Below are positions 22,102 to 31,349 of a stretch of DNA of 64,000 nucleotides, piece after piece. Numbering within the stretch: position 1 is the stretch's first letter; the number at the start of each line of letters is the position of its first letter. Below the pieces are notes generated by a model. The model was not told the DNA's origin, searched no databases, and was given only the letters and a program-made list of their open reading frames with translations. This stretch comes from Arcobacteraceae bacterium. Lineage in GTDB: Bacteria > Campylobacterota > Campylobacteria > Campylobacterales > Arcobacteraceae. Made by a program: the position numbers and the translations under genes. The DNA lies in assembly GCA_963662945.1 (NCBI GenBank), contig OY759974.1:1952001-2016000 (forward strand), written 5' to 3'.

Positions 22102-23033
22102 TATAAATTACTCATTTTATATTTTTCTTTAAATTTTTTAATCATCATAACCGATACTATATTCAGTACAAGTGTTACTACAAATAAAACAAGCCCAAGA
22201 GCAAAAGCACTTAATGTATCAGGAGAGTTAAATTCGAAATCTCCTGTAAGTGCGGTAACAATTTGTACAGTAACTGTTGTCATATCTTCTAATGGATTGA
22301 TTGAAAATTTATTTGCATTCATACCAGCTGCCATAACAACAATCATCGTTTCCCCTAAAGCTTTAGAGATAGCTAAAAGTGTTGCTGAGATGATACCTGG
22401 AAGTGCTGATGGTAAAACAATATCTTTGATTGTCTCAGATTTTGTCATTCCAAGTGCAAGGCTTCCTTTTCTTAAACTATCAGGAACCGCATTAATAACA
22501 TCATCACTTAAACTTGAAATTACAGGAATAATCATAATCCCCATAACAACACCAGCAGCTAATGCACTATTAAAAGAAGCTTCTAAACCAAAGAAGTCAG
22601 CTATGTTAACAATAGCAGGTGCAACAGTAATAGCTGCAAAGAAACCATAGACAACAGTAGGTATTCCTGCAAGTATTTCTAAAAGTGGCTTCACCGTTGT
22701 TCTTACATTGTCAGTTGCATATTCACTCATATAAATTGCACTAAATACCCCAATAGGTAATGCAACAGCTATAGCAATAAACGTAATGATAAAAGTTCCT
22801 GCAAAAATAGCACCAGCACCAAATTCACTGTGTGCAGTACCAGGAGACCAATGTGAACCTGTGATAAAATATGTAAAGCTTCTTAAGTTAAAAAACTCTA
22901 TAGCTTCAAAGAGAATTGAAAATAAGATACCAAAAGTAGTGAGTATTGATATAATAGCAGCTGCTATAAGAAAATATTCAATAATAGTTTCTTTTAGTAG
23001 TGTTTTTTTATTTTTTGGTTGAAATGATTCCAA
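22101..23033 (-). CDS. pstC: Phosphate ABC transporter permease PstC
   Basis: KPLLEILAGIPTVVYGFF, ALGETMIV; TTG start. Confidence 0.95.
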   Translation of the reverse strand: MESFQPKNKKTLLKETIIEYFLIAAAIISILTTFGILFSILFEAIEFFNLRSFTYFITGSHWSPGTAHSEFGAGAIFAGTFIITFIAIAVALPIGVFSAIYMSEYATDNVRTTVKPLLEILAGIPTVVYGFFAAITVAPAIVNIADFFGLEASFNSALAAGVVMGIMIIPVISSLSDDVINAVPDSLRKGSLALGMTKSETIKDIVLPSALPGIISATLLAISKALGETMIVVMAAGMNANKFSINPLEDMTTVTVQIVTALTGDFEFNSPDTLSAFALGLVLFVVTLVLNIVSVMMIKKFKEKYKMSNL

Positions 23034-23061
23034 AATAATCCTTTAACGTTTTGTTAAAGTT

Positions 23062-23094
23062 ATTTTAGAATATTTTAGTTACATATTGATTACA
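23062..23094 (-). promoter_or_regulatory. Pho-box promoter of pstCA
   Basis: TGTAAT-CAATA-TGTAAC, 10 nt, TAAAAT; first half-site contains the psiE stop codon. Confidence 0.8.
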
Positions 23095-23527
23095 TTGTTG
23101 TATTTGTTTTGTTTTCCTCATCAATCCATCTATCAGGTGAGGTAAAGACAGCTAACCATCTTAATATAAAAAGAAATAGTAAAACACCGCTGAAAATAAG
23201 AATATGAAAATTTGTACTATTTGAGAGTAACATCTCAAAACTAGTGATATCTTCTTTGTTTATTTTAATAACATTGACAATAAATTCTCTTAATGTCAAA
23301 ATTATAAAAGCATCTATCAAAATTCTTATTTTAACACGTTTTTCTCGTAAAAAACTCATTACAGCTCTAACAATTTCAAGCATAATAATAAAGTATAGTA
23401 AATAAATTATAACTAGTACAACGCTATCTGTAACAACAGCTACAATAAATAATACTGTCGCAACAATAAGTTCAATATAAAATTTACTGTAAAAAAACTC
23501 TTTTAATTTTCGCATACTGCTATACAT
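23090..23527 (-). CDS. Phosphate-starvation-inducible PsiE-family membrane protein
   Basis: Four TM helices, LEIVRAV and ILIDAFIILTLRE motifs, pst context; start uncertain. Confidence 0.75.
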   Translation of the reverse strand: MYSSMRKLKEFFYSKFYIELIVATVLFIVAVVTDSVVLVIIYLLYFIIMLEIVRAVMSFLREKRVKIRILIDAFIILTLREFIVNVIKINKEDITSFEMLLSNSTNFHILIFSGVLLFLFILRWLAVFTSPDRWIDEENKTNTTM

Positions 23528-23531
23528 CAAA

Positions 23532-23930
23532 CTAGTCCCTTTTTCTAAAATAGTGGTATTTTTGTTCTTCAAGTAACTCTTCTACATATTTTTTAACTGC
23601 TTTATTTGCTTTTTGCCAGATACCAGAAGGTAATCGTACTTCGAGTTTTTTCTTTTCTCTAAATTTAATAATTTTCTTAGGTGTTAAAATTTTATCAATT
23701 GGCGTAAAGTCATATTCTGTTAAATCAATATCATTTTTATAAAATAGTGTTTGTTCTTTAAATTTTCCCCAACCTGGAATTCCTTCTTCTGTATATGGTA
23801 CTTCATAATCATTTTCAAATGTTACCATTAATTTATAATGCCCATCATCAAATACTGTTGTGACTATTCCAAGTCCAAATACTAAACCAAATACTTTATC
23901 ACCCTTTTTTGCTTTTTCAAAATAACCCAT
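23532..23930 (-). CDS. Hypothetical protein (possible SH3-like N-terminus)
   Basis: 132-aa ORF with AGGA RBS; GDKVFGLVFGLGIV beta-rich start. Confidence 0.75.
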   Translation of the reverse strand: MGYFEKAKKGDKVFGLVFGLGIVTTVFDDGHYKLMVTFENDYEVPYTEEGIPGWGKFKEQTLFYKNDIDLTEYDFTPIDKILTPKKIIKFREKKKLEVRLPSGIWQKANKAVKKYVEELLEEQKYHYFRKRD

Positions 23931-23957
23931 TTAAAATCCTTATGTTACATTTTTAGA

Positions 23958-23990
23958 ATTATACCGTACTATTATTACATATTGATTTCA
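23958..23990 (-). promoter_or_regulatory. Pho-box promoter of hypothetical-psiE
   Basis: TGAAAT-CAATA-TGTAAT, 10 nt, TATAAT. Confidence 0.75.
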
Positions 23991-23996
23991 ATTTTG

Positions 23997-26450
23997 TCAA
24001 GCTTTACAATTAAGAATTTTAATTTCATTAAACTTATCAAATAGCATTAAAGTATTACTTTCTATTCTTGCTGCAATTTCTCTTAACTCATCATTAGAAG
24101 CTCTTTTGGCATTGCTGTCAACATATCTTTGAATTGAACTGTGGACATTTCCATGTATTGTTTTTAATTCATCCCATTGTGGCGTATTGACAAAATTTTT
24201 ATTTTTATTTTCTTGTTCTTCTATCCAAGTATTCATATTACAATGTTCGTCAACTTCAACTTTCCATTGTTCATATGTACCTAGTTTTTCAAAATTTTTA
24301 GATTTTAATAATATATGTTCATTTTTAAGTTCAGCAGTTTCATACACTAGTTCTATATCACAAACTTGTTGTCTAATTTCATTTTTAAAAGTAGCTTTTG
24401 AAGAGGCATTGATCAGGTCTTCTGCTAGATTCGAGATAGATTGTGAAAGTTGTGCAATATATTGCGAGTTTTGAGCATTTATTTGTGTATTTTTATCTAA
24501 GTTACCAATTGCATCGTTGATTTGTTTGATACTTTCATGTTGTCTTGTACTTGCCGTTGATACATCTTGAATAATTTTTGTTGTTAATTCCACTTTGGTA
24601 TTCAGTTCCTCATAGCCTGTACTCATTTGTGTAGAGATAGTTTTCCCTTCATTTGTTTTTGTGATTGCTGTTTGTACCAGAGCTTTTATCTCATTTGCAG
24701 CATCTGCACTTCTACTAGCTAAGTTTCTAACCTCTTGAGCAACAACAGCAAATCCCTTTCCAGCTTCTCCAGCAGTTGCAGCTTCAACAGCAGCGTTGAG
24801 TGAGAGAATATTTGTTTGGAATGCTATTTGGTCTATTACTGTTATTGCTTCATTAATTGCTGTTACTTGATTGTTTATCTCATCCATAGACTCTAATGTT
24901 TTTGTAGCTAATACTTTTCCATCATTAGAAGCAAGTGTTAATTCTTGAGCATATTGTGCCATTTGTTTTGCATTGTTTGTATTATCTAAAATATTTTTTG
25001 TAACTTCTTCAAGGGAAGCTGATGTTTCTTCAAGGGAAGCTGCTTGCATATTTGAAGCATTTGAAAGTTCATTTGCACTTTTATTGAGTGTTGTTGTATC
25101 ATTATTGAGTTTATCACCTGTATTTAAAATCATTGCTAAAAATTCAGATACATTGTTTCCAATGAGTTTTGTACTTGCAACTAATGAACCAAAATCTCCA
25201 TAAAGCCCAAGTTCATTTTTCTTTGGAATAGTATGTTCAAAGTTATATCTTCCATACGCTTCAAGGGCATTGTTTAAAATCGTAAACTTACTTTTGGTTT
25301 CATCTAACATTTTATTGATATTGATAATAAGATCTTTTACATCAGGAGAAACATTATTGTGATGTGGAATTTTATAACCATAGAAACCATTTGATACTTT
25401 TTGTAAAATATCATTTGCTTCTTCTAATACCTCTTTATTGTGGTTGATTAGATTTACACTTCTCGTAATATTTTGATTAATATCAGTTGCAATTGTATGA
25501 AATTCATCTTTTGTATTTATTATGATTTCTGTTGCAGAATCTTTTTTATAAGATATTACATCAAAGAAATCATTGAGTCCATGATGTACTAAACTTAAAT
25601 TTTTAACAATATCTTTTGATATAACTGTAGCTATAATAAATTCTACAAGTCCTATAATACAAGATATACCTAAAATAAGATAAAGTAGGTTTGTATCACT
25701 TTGCTCTATCTCTTCATTTATAAGTTTTTTATTTGTTTCTAAAATTTGTAAAGTAGTTTTAAAATCTTGTTGTAATTGTTGTTGTAATTTATTTATATTT
25801 CTTTGACCAGATACTACGCTTTCAAGCATATTTTTATATTGAATTAGTTCTTCATTTATCTTTTTTTGCATTGGTTTATTTTCAGTAAAGTTTTCACTTC
25901 CACGTACAGATCTTCTCATTTTAAAATGTACTTTCCCTAATTCAACTAAATCTATCGTGTTTGTTAAAAAAAATGTTTTTTCATAAAGTTCCAATTGCAT
26001 CATATATTGGATAAGTTTATAATCATAGACTTTTTGAAATATCTCATTAATCATATCTTTTGATTTATGCATAAGTTCTAAATGTTCATCGATTTTTTTT
26101 TGTGTATCAAAAACAGTTTGATATGAGCTTTTAGAAACTTCAAGTTGTTTTGTTAAGTTGTTAAGAGAAGTAGTATTGAGATTACTATTATCCATTGAGT
26201 TTTTAAGATTTGTCAGGTTCTGAGTAACTTGTTTATATTCATCAAAAAATATTTGATTTGCCTTTTGTTTTGAAATGTAATCAAGTTTCATAATTGATGT
26301 TTGTAATAAATTTGAATGATATTTTATGTTTGAATAATTTTTTTGCGTTTGTGAATAAAAGATGATAAGACTTATTAATATGGCAAAACCTAGAATGGTT
26401 ATTGCTGATATGGATTTTAGTTTTGTTTCTACACTGTTAAATATAAACAT
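23997..26450 (-). CDS. Methyl-accepting chemotaxis protein with large helical periplasmic domain and C-terminal CZB-like domain
   Basis: Two TMs, MCP hairpin, C-terminal H..HC..W..H..H zinc-binding pattern. Confidence 0.9.
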   Translation of the reverse strand: MFIFNSVETKLKSISAITILGFAILISLIIFYSQTQKNYSNIKYHSNLLQTSIMKLDYISKQKANQIFFDEYKQVTQNLTNLKNSMDNSNLNTTSLNNLTKQLEVSKSSYQTVFDTQKKIDEHLELMHKSKDMINEIFQKVYDYKLIQYMMQLELYEKTFFLTNTIDLVELGKVHFKMRRSVRGSENFTENKPMQKKINEELIQYKNMLESVVSGQRNINKLQQQLQQDFKTTLQILETNKKLINEEIEQSDTNLLYLILGISCIIGLVEFIIATVISKDIVKNLSLVHHGLNDFFDVISYKKDSATEIIINTKDEFHTIATDINQNITRSVNLINHNKEVLEEANDILQKVSNGFYGYKIPHHNNVSPDVKDLIININKMLDETKSKFTILNNALEAYGRYNFEHTIPKKNELGLYGDFGSLVASTKLIGNNVSEFLAMILNTGDKLNNDTTTLNKSANELSNASNMQAASLEETSASLEEVTKNILDNTNNAKQMAQYAQELTLASNDGKVLATKTLESMDEINNQVTAINEAITVIDQIAFQTNILSLNAAVEAATAGEAGKGFAVVAQEVRNLASRSADAANEIKALVQTAITKTNEGKTISTQMSTGYEELNTKVELTTKIIQDVSTASTRQHESIKQINDAIGNLDKNTQINAQNSQYIAQLSQSISNLAEDLINASSKATFKNEIRQQVCDIELVYETAELKNEHILLKSKNFEKLGTYEQWKVEVDEHCNMNTWIEEQENKNKNFVNTPQWDELKTIHGNVHSSIQRYVDSNAKRASNDELREIAARIESNTLMLFDKFNEIKILNCKA

Positions 26451-26473
26451 ATATAATTCCTTTTTTTGAGCGA

Positions 26474-26506
26474 ATAATATAGTTATATTGTTACAAATTG
26501 ATTACA
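26474..26506 (-). promoter_or_regulatory. Pho-box promoter of the chemoreceptor
   Basis: TGTAAT-CAATT-TGTAAC, 10 nt, TATTAT. Confidence 0.8.
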
Positions 26507-26594
26507 ATAGAAAAGGAGTTTGCTTTTTAAATAAGGGATAGTTAGTAAGTATATAAAAAAATTATTTTTTTAAAGCATAGAAGAAAAACTTCTT

Positions 26595-26828
26595 CTATGC
26601 TGAAATTTTAGATTTTGTACTATAGTGTCTTTCTACTTCTTTAGCAGCACTTTTGAACGCTTTTTTTGTAGACTTACCTACACCTCTAAAAATTCTATCT
26701 TCATTGATAAATTCAACGATATCAAGATTTTTCTTTACTTTTGTGTCAACAACTCTAAAAATGTGAAACTCTTTTTTGAGTTTTTTAATCTTTGGGAACT
26801 CTTGACTTTTTAGTACTTTTGTTTCCAT
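26595..26828 (-). CDS. Small basic hypothetical protein
   Basis: METKVLKS..., AAGGA RBS before ATG 26828. Confidence 0.65.
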   Translation of the reverse strand: METKVLKSQEFPKIKKLKKEFHIFRVVDTKVKKNLDIVEFINEDRIFRGVGKSTKKAFKSAAKEVERHYSTKSKISA

Positions 26829-26919
26829 TTTTATATCCTTTAGTAATAATATATTACTAATATACATAATTTAAGCTTAAAGTTTGATTAGTTATAAGAA
26901 AAACGAATATGTAATTATA

Positions 26920-28596
26920 CTACAAAAAAACTTCATAAAGTATGTTTTTTATATCTTCAATCATATTTTTAGATAAAGTTGATTTGTTTGAAAAAATATA
27001 AAATGGAACAGTATTTAAAATAGATTTTTTTAATCGTTTTCTCAATGTTGAAACTTGGTCTATTTTGACAAGTTCATCACCATCAAAAAGGCAAAACTCT
27101 TTATCAATTCCAATATTTAATGAAACAATTCTATAGGTATAAAAAGTATTGTTGTCTATATCTTCATATTTCTTACATAAAGCTTCTAACTTATCTTGAA
27201 GTTTTTTATAATTGTTTTTACTTACATATCCAAAGCTCTCTCGAAACTTGTATCTTTGAATATCTGGAAACTCCAATAGATTATATAAGTCATTGAGATT
27301 TCTCCAAGCACTGTTGTAAAATTTTTTTCCAAATAATATCTCTTCAAATGAACAAAGATATTTTTTATCTTTGAAGTTATAAGTTTCTTTATATTTTATA
27401 GTGAAATACTCTTTTTTAAAAAGTGTGATAATCCAATTTTCATCTAACTGACTTATGATGTCTAGTTTTTTTTCATTGTTTTCTTCATCTAAAAACTTCC
27501 ATAACATTGAGATAGAGTTGATTTGTTCATCATCTATGTTTGTGGATTTGAGATATTTTTTAGCAAGATAGAGTATGACATTTTCTAAAAGTGAGTCAAT
27601 AACAGATATTTTATGGTTATAGATGATTTTTTTATAGAGATTAAATCGCATCTCGATCATATGTTCTATATCTATAAGTTCACTATCAAAAAAAGATATT
27701 GTAAATTGTTTTTTATTTTGGACGAGGATTGCTCTTTTTGCTATTCGTATAAAATCTATACTTCCACCAATATAACCACTTGCAAGCATATCACGATTGA
27801 TATAATCAAGTCTATCAGCATCTACAGTTCCATCAATAAATTTATGCAATACCCCATAATCAAAGATTTCATCATCTTTTTCATTTAGAATATTTTTTAC
27901 TATTAAGTAGATAAGTTTTGTGTAGTTTTTATCTTTTGTATTTGAGGTAAATTGCTGCATCTCATGTTCAAAAAGGAGTTTTACAAGCTTTTCTCCAATA
28001 GCTTCATGTAAGACTAATGAAGAGTTTTTTGTTATCTTTTCATAGAAAGTGATAAACTCCTTCTCTTTTTCATTTTGTGTTGGATTTGCTTTTAAAATAT
28101 CATACAATTTTTCCATCGCATATTCCACTTGGTGCGAAAATGGAAAATGTCCCACATCATGAAGTAAGCCAACTATTCTTAAAGCTTGTAAAGCTACTAG
28201 ATAAATATCTTTGAAATTGTTCGATTTAAGAGGTATCATAAACTCATAGAGTGTTTTATCACTAAGATTATCAATATCTTTGATGGTCAAATCAAGTTTA
28301 TTTTCTTTGATAATATTTTTGATAGATTTTTTGAGTTTTTTTAAAAAATCATATTTAACATTTTCATTTGCATTTAATATGGCATTTTTAAACATATGCC
28401 CACTCATATGCATAGTTCCTAAACTGTGGATATATCTTTTTGTATTGATAGAAGGATAAGCAAAATAGGCTAGGGCATTTTGTGTCACAAAGAAAAGGCG
28501 ATTGACAATTTTAGTTTGCAGTAGTAAACTTTCAAATTCACTACACTCTATATGTTTATATATGGTGTCATTTATAAGTTTTGTTCTATTTAACAT
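26920..28596 (-). CDS. HD-domain phosphohydrolase (dNTP triphosphohydrolase-like)
   Basis: RYIHSLG, LLHDVGHFPFSH, DADRLDY. Confidence 0.88.
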   Translation of the reverse strand: MLNRTKLINDTIYKHIECSEFESLLLQTKIVNRLFFVTQNALAYFAYPSINTKRYIHSLGTMHMSGHMFKNAILNANENVKYDFLKKLKKSIKNIIKENKLDLTIKDIDNLSDKTLYEFMIPLKSNNFKDIYLVALQALRIVGLLHDVGHFPFSHQVEYAMEKLYDILKANPTQNEKEKEFITFYEKITKNSSLVLHEAIGEKLVKLLFEHEMQQFTSNTKDKNYTKLIYLIVKNILNEKDDEIFDYGVLHKFIDGTVDADRLDYINRDMLASGYIGGSIDFIRIAKRAILVQNKKQFTISFFDSELIDIEHMIEMRFNLYKKIIYNHKISVIDSLLENVILYLAKKYLKSTNIDDEQINSISMLWKFLDEENNEKKLDIISQLDENWIITLFKKEYFTIKYKETYNFKDKKYLCSFEEILFGKKFYNSAWRNLNDLYNLLEFPDIQRYKFRESFGYVSKNNYKKLQDKLEALCKKYEDIDNNTFYTYRIVSLNIGIDKEFCLFDGDELVKIDQVSTLRKRLKKSILNTVPFYIFSNKSTLSKNMIEDIKNILYEVFL

Positions 28597-28601
28597 AAGA
28601 T

Positions 28602-28634
28602 ATTATAGCTAGTTTTTATTACACTTTGGTTGCA
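28602..28634 (-). promoter_or_regulatory. Pho-box promoter of the HD hydrolase, probably giving a leaderless mRNA
   Basis: TGCAAC-CAAAG-TGTAAT, 10 nt, TATAAT, 5 nt, ATG; no SD. Confidence 0.7.
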
Positions 28635-28648
28635 TATAAAATGTAATT

Positions 28649-28949
28649 TTATTTTTCATCGTGAGATATTTTATTTGCTATATCTTTGTAGTTTAAAGCA
28701 AATTCTCTCATTTTTGTAAATGTTCTCATAATTTGTTTTGTAACTTGTGTTGCTATAGAATTATTTATAACTGTTGCTAACATATAAACACCTTGTTCAG
28801 TAAAAACAAATGGTAATTTTCTTTGACCACCACAACTTGAAGTGCCAATTTGGCATTTCAAGTTTTCAAACTCCTCTTTTGTGAGCTGAAACATAAAATC
28901 GGATTCATCAAATTTATCAAAATGTCTTTTTACTTGTCTGTTTAAGTAA
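28649..28949 (-). pseudogene. 5'-truncated ORF6N-domain DNA-binding protein fragment
   Basis: LNRQVKR...DFMFQLT...PFVFTEQGVYMLATV. The N-terminal part of the domain is missing and the frame begins at the attC boundary. Confidence 0.7.
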
Positions 28950-29018
28950 GTATAACGTTTAAAATGAGCCAATAAATGTCCCGCAGGGTAATTTATTGGC
29001 TCCTCTGATTTGTTATAT
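28950..29018 (-). mobile_element. Integron attC site
   Basis: ATATAAC-AAATCAGAG-GAGCCAATAAAT-TACCCTGCGGGAC-ATTTATTGGCTC-ATTTTAAAC-GTTATAC, 69 bp. The GNAT stop codon lies in the inverse core. Confidence 0.8.
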
Positions 29019-29453
29019 TTTCTTTAATTTCATGTGTATTAAAGGAAATGGGTTACCTTGTCCATCAAGTACAGAGCGACCTGATTGAACAAATCCCATT
29101 CGCTGATAAAACCCAATTGCATCGGGATTTTGTTCGTTTACGTCAACTTTTGATGCGCCAAGATTCTCAATGGCGTATTTAGTTAACTTTCGACCGATTT
29201 TTTGACCGATATAATCTGGATCTACAAATAACATTTCAATTTTCGAATCAGCAACACCAATAAATGCTAATATCTTATCGTTACTATCTTTAAAACAATG
29301 CAAATCAACAGCATCAAAATACTGTTCCAAAATCAGAAGTTTTAACTCTGCAATTTTTCCCTCTGGTAAAAATTTATGTGTTGCTCTAACAGAAGCTTCC
29401 CAGACATTGATTAATTCCTGATAATTTTCTTTTGTAACTTTTTGAATATTCAT
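29013..29453 (-). CDS. GNAT-family acetyltransferase (YjaB-like)
   Basis: WEASVRATHKFL, IEMLFVDP, VDVNEQNPDAIGFY, DGQGNPFPLIHM. Confidence 0.92.
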   Translation of the reverse strand: MNIQKVTKENYQELINVWEASVRATHKFLPEGKIAELKLLILEQYFDAVDLHCFKDSNDKILAFIGVADSKIEMLFVDPDYIGQKIGRKLTKYAIENLGASKVDVNEQNPDAIGFYQRMGFVQSGRSVLDGQGNPFPLIHMKLKKI

Positions 29454-29457
29454 ACGA

Positions 29458-29748
29458 TTATTTTCCGCTTTTGACTATAGGCAGTAAATTCGATTGACCA
29501 TATTTTTCAAATATATCCCGAATCTGTTTATTCGTAACTTCATAACAATCACATACTCCATCTTTACGAAGTTTTAACGATGCAATATGTCTTAGTGTCG
29601 ATATTTGTATAGGTGCAAGTTCTTTTGCAGCTTCAAAAAGTAGTTCATGCATAGCATCAATCTTTTCTTGTATATTAGGCAAATTTTTACGTTTTTCAAT
29701 TTCTTTTTCCAACAAATTTAAAAGCTCTTGTAATTCATCAGCTAACAT
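29458..29748 (-). CDS. Hypothetical cassette-borne protein
   Basis: 96-aa ORF with AGGAG RBS, 4 nt before the GNAT gene. Confidence 0.7.
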   Translation of the reverse strand: MLADELQELLNLLEKEIEKRKNLPNIQEKIDAMHELLFEAAKELAPIQISTLRHIASLKLRKDGVCDCYEVTNKQIRDIFEKYGQSNLLPIVKSGK

Positions 29749-29773
29749 ATCATTTCTCCTAGTAAGGTTTTAA

Positions 29774-29824
29774 ATATAACTCTTTATTGAACATACATTA
29801 TATATAAAACACCCTAAAAATCAA
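29774..29824 (-). promoter_or_regulatory. attI-like site with Pc-like promoter
   Basis: TTGATT-16nt-TATAAT, then GTATGTTCAATAAAGA-GTTATAT core with no attC-type hairpin. Confidence 0.45.
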
Positions 29825-29863
29825 TAAATAACATACACAAAATATGTCGTATATTAAAACAGC

Positions 29864-29891
29864 GAAAAATACCTTAGATAAGGTATTTTTC
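29864..29891. terminator. Perfect hairpin downstream of phoH (terminator or operator)
   Basis: GAAAAATACCTTA-GA-TAAGGTATTTTTC. Confidence 0.5.
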
Positions 29892-29926
29892 CATATATTA
29901 CTATAAAAAATAATACTATTTAATAA

Positions 29927-31300
29927 CTATTTTTTATTCTCAAAAATTCTCTCTGTAAACTCTGCAAATTTTCCTCTTACAGCTTTATCTAACTCTATAG
30001 CAAACATACTAAGTTCTGGATGTTGATGACTTGTATGTTTAAGAAGTGTTGTAAGACCATTGTTGTATTTATTTAGGTACAAGTTATCTATTTGTCTATT
30101 TGACCCGATAACCACACCCATACAACTTTCATCAAGTCTACTTAAAATAAGTTGCGTTGTATTTTCACTACTATTTTGCCATTCATCCATTATTACTATT
30201 GCATCACTTAGAGTTCTACCCCTTGCTTCCCCAGGCCAAAGCATCTCTATATTGTATTTGTTTATTAGCTCTTCTATTTTTGATTTTATTGATTCTTGAT
30301 TTTCTTTGTTTTCATTCTTTTTGAGTCGTTTTTTTGCTATGAACTCTAAAGTATCGTATAAAGCCATATTGTAGATTCTAAATTTCTCATCATTTCCAGC
30401 TAAGTATCCTACATCTGCACCTTTATCAAGTGACTCTATAGAGTTTCTTACATATACTATCTTTTCATAAGCTCCAATATCTATAAGTCTCATAGCACTT
30501 GCAATACTCATCAGTGTTTTTCCACTTCCAGCTTTTGCATCTATAACCATAAGGTTGTACATATTTGAAAGCATAGCTTTGAGGAAAAACTTTTGTTTGA
30601 GATTTGCAGGTCTTATTACAAGTGAGTTAAACAGTGCATCTTCTATGATATCAATTTTTTCATTGACAATAATTCCATACGTTGAGTTTCCATCTTTTGA
30701 CAAAAACTTATAACAAAAGTTTTGGATATGATAATCTGGGTCTATATCTTTGATATTTGATAAGTTTAAAGAGTTAAATCGTGATGAGTCCAGCTCAATC
30801 TCTTTTACAAATTCAAATGTAGGAATATCAGCTTTGTCTTCATGTAAAGTTTCTGTTTTTATATTTGCAAAAAGTGCAAATGTTCGTGCATAAATATCAA
30901 TTGAGAGGAAAACTACTTTTTCCCCTGTATAGTATTCTTTTGCTACTTTTGCAACCTCTATGATTCTTTTATCATTGCTTTCAGCGATATTGTGTGCTAA
31001 CACTTCACTTTCATATTTATCTTTTGAAATAATATGTATCTCAATATTGTCATCATAAAGTTTTACTACTTTGAAATCTTTTTTATAATCAATTTCTTTG
31101 ATTTTTGTTTGTGCTAAAAATCTTGCGAATTGTCTTGATTGATAACCAAGTTCATTAAAAAGTTTTTTCTTATCTTCTAACTCTATTAAAACCGTTTCTG
31201 GTATTACAACAATGTTTGTGCCATTATCTGCAATATTATAAATATTTTGGATATTTTGTAAAATAACATTTGTATCAACTACGTAGATTTTTTTTCCCAT
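29927..31300 (-). CDS. PIN-domain PhoH-family ATPase
   Basis: VVDTNVIL PIN start, AKAGSGKT Walker A, RGRTL, DEWQN. Confidence 0.92.
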   Translation of the reverse strand: MGKKIYVVDTNVILQNIQNIYNIADNGTNIVVIPETVLIELEDKKKLFNELGYQSRQFARFLAQTKIKEIDYKKDFKVVKLYDDNIEIHIISKDKYESEVLAHNIAESNDKRIIEVAKVAKEYYTGEKVVFLSIDIYARTFALFANIKTETLHEDKADIPTFEFVKEIELDSSRFNSLNLSNIKDIDPDYHIQNFCYKFLSKDGNSTYGIIVNEKIDIIEDALFNSLVIRPANLKQKFFLKAMLSNMYNLMVIDAKAGSGKTLMSIASAMRLIDIGAYEKIVYVRNSIESLDKGADVGYLAGNDEKFRIYNMALYDTLEFIAKKRLKKNENKENQESIKSKIEELINKYNIEMLWPGEARGRTLSDAIVIMDEWQNSSENTTQLILSRLDESCMGVVIGSNRQIDNLYLNKYNNGLTTLLKHTSHQHPELSMFAIELDKAVRGKFAEFTERIFENKK

Positions 31301-31349
31301 AAGAAGCCTTTTTTTATTTGGTTAGTGTTTTATTTTATCTGTTTTAATT

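Larger units (their letters stand above)
28956..29779 (-). mobile_element. Two-gene integron cassette (hypothetical + GNAT) with no integrase in the window
   Basis: Begins G|TTATAT (29780-29774), the exact complement of its own inverse core ATATAAC, and ends in attC. Confidence 0.7.

Noticed and set aside
11690-24870. Near-identical DNA at about 11.7-11.85 kb and 24.7-24.87 kb
   Set aside because: Conserved signalling hairpin of two paralogous MCPs, not a mobile repeat
29013-29748. Hypothetical + GNAT as a toxin-antitoxin pair
   Set aside because: The GNAT is YjaB-like, and the partner shows no RHH/DUF1778 pattern I can recognise
26920-31300. Antiphage defence island (HD dNTPase, ORF6N, PIN)
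   Set aside because: HD and PIN-PhoH are better explained by their Pho-box context, and ORF6N is a fragment at the cassette boundary
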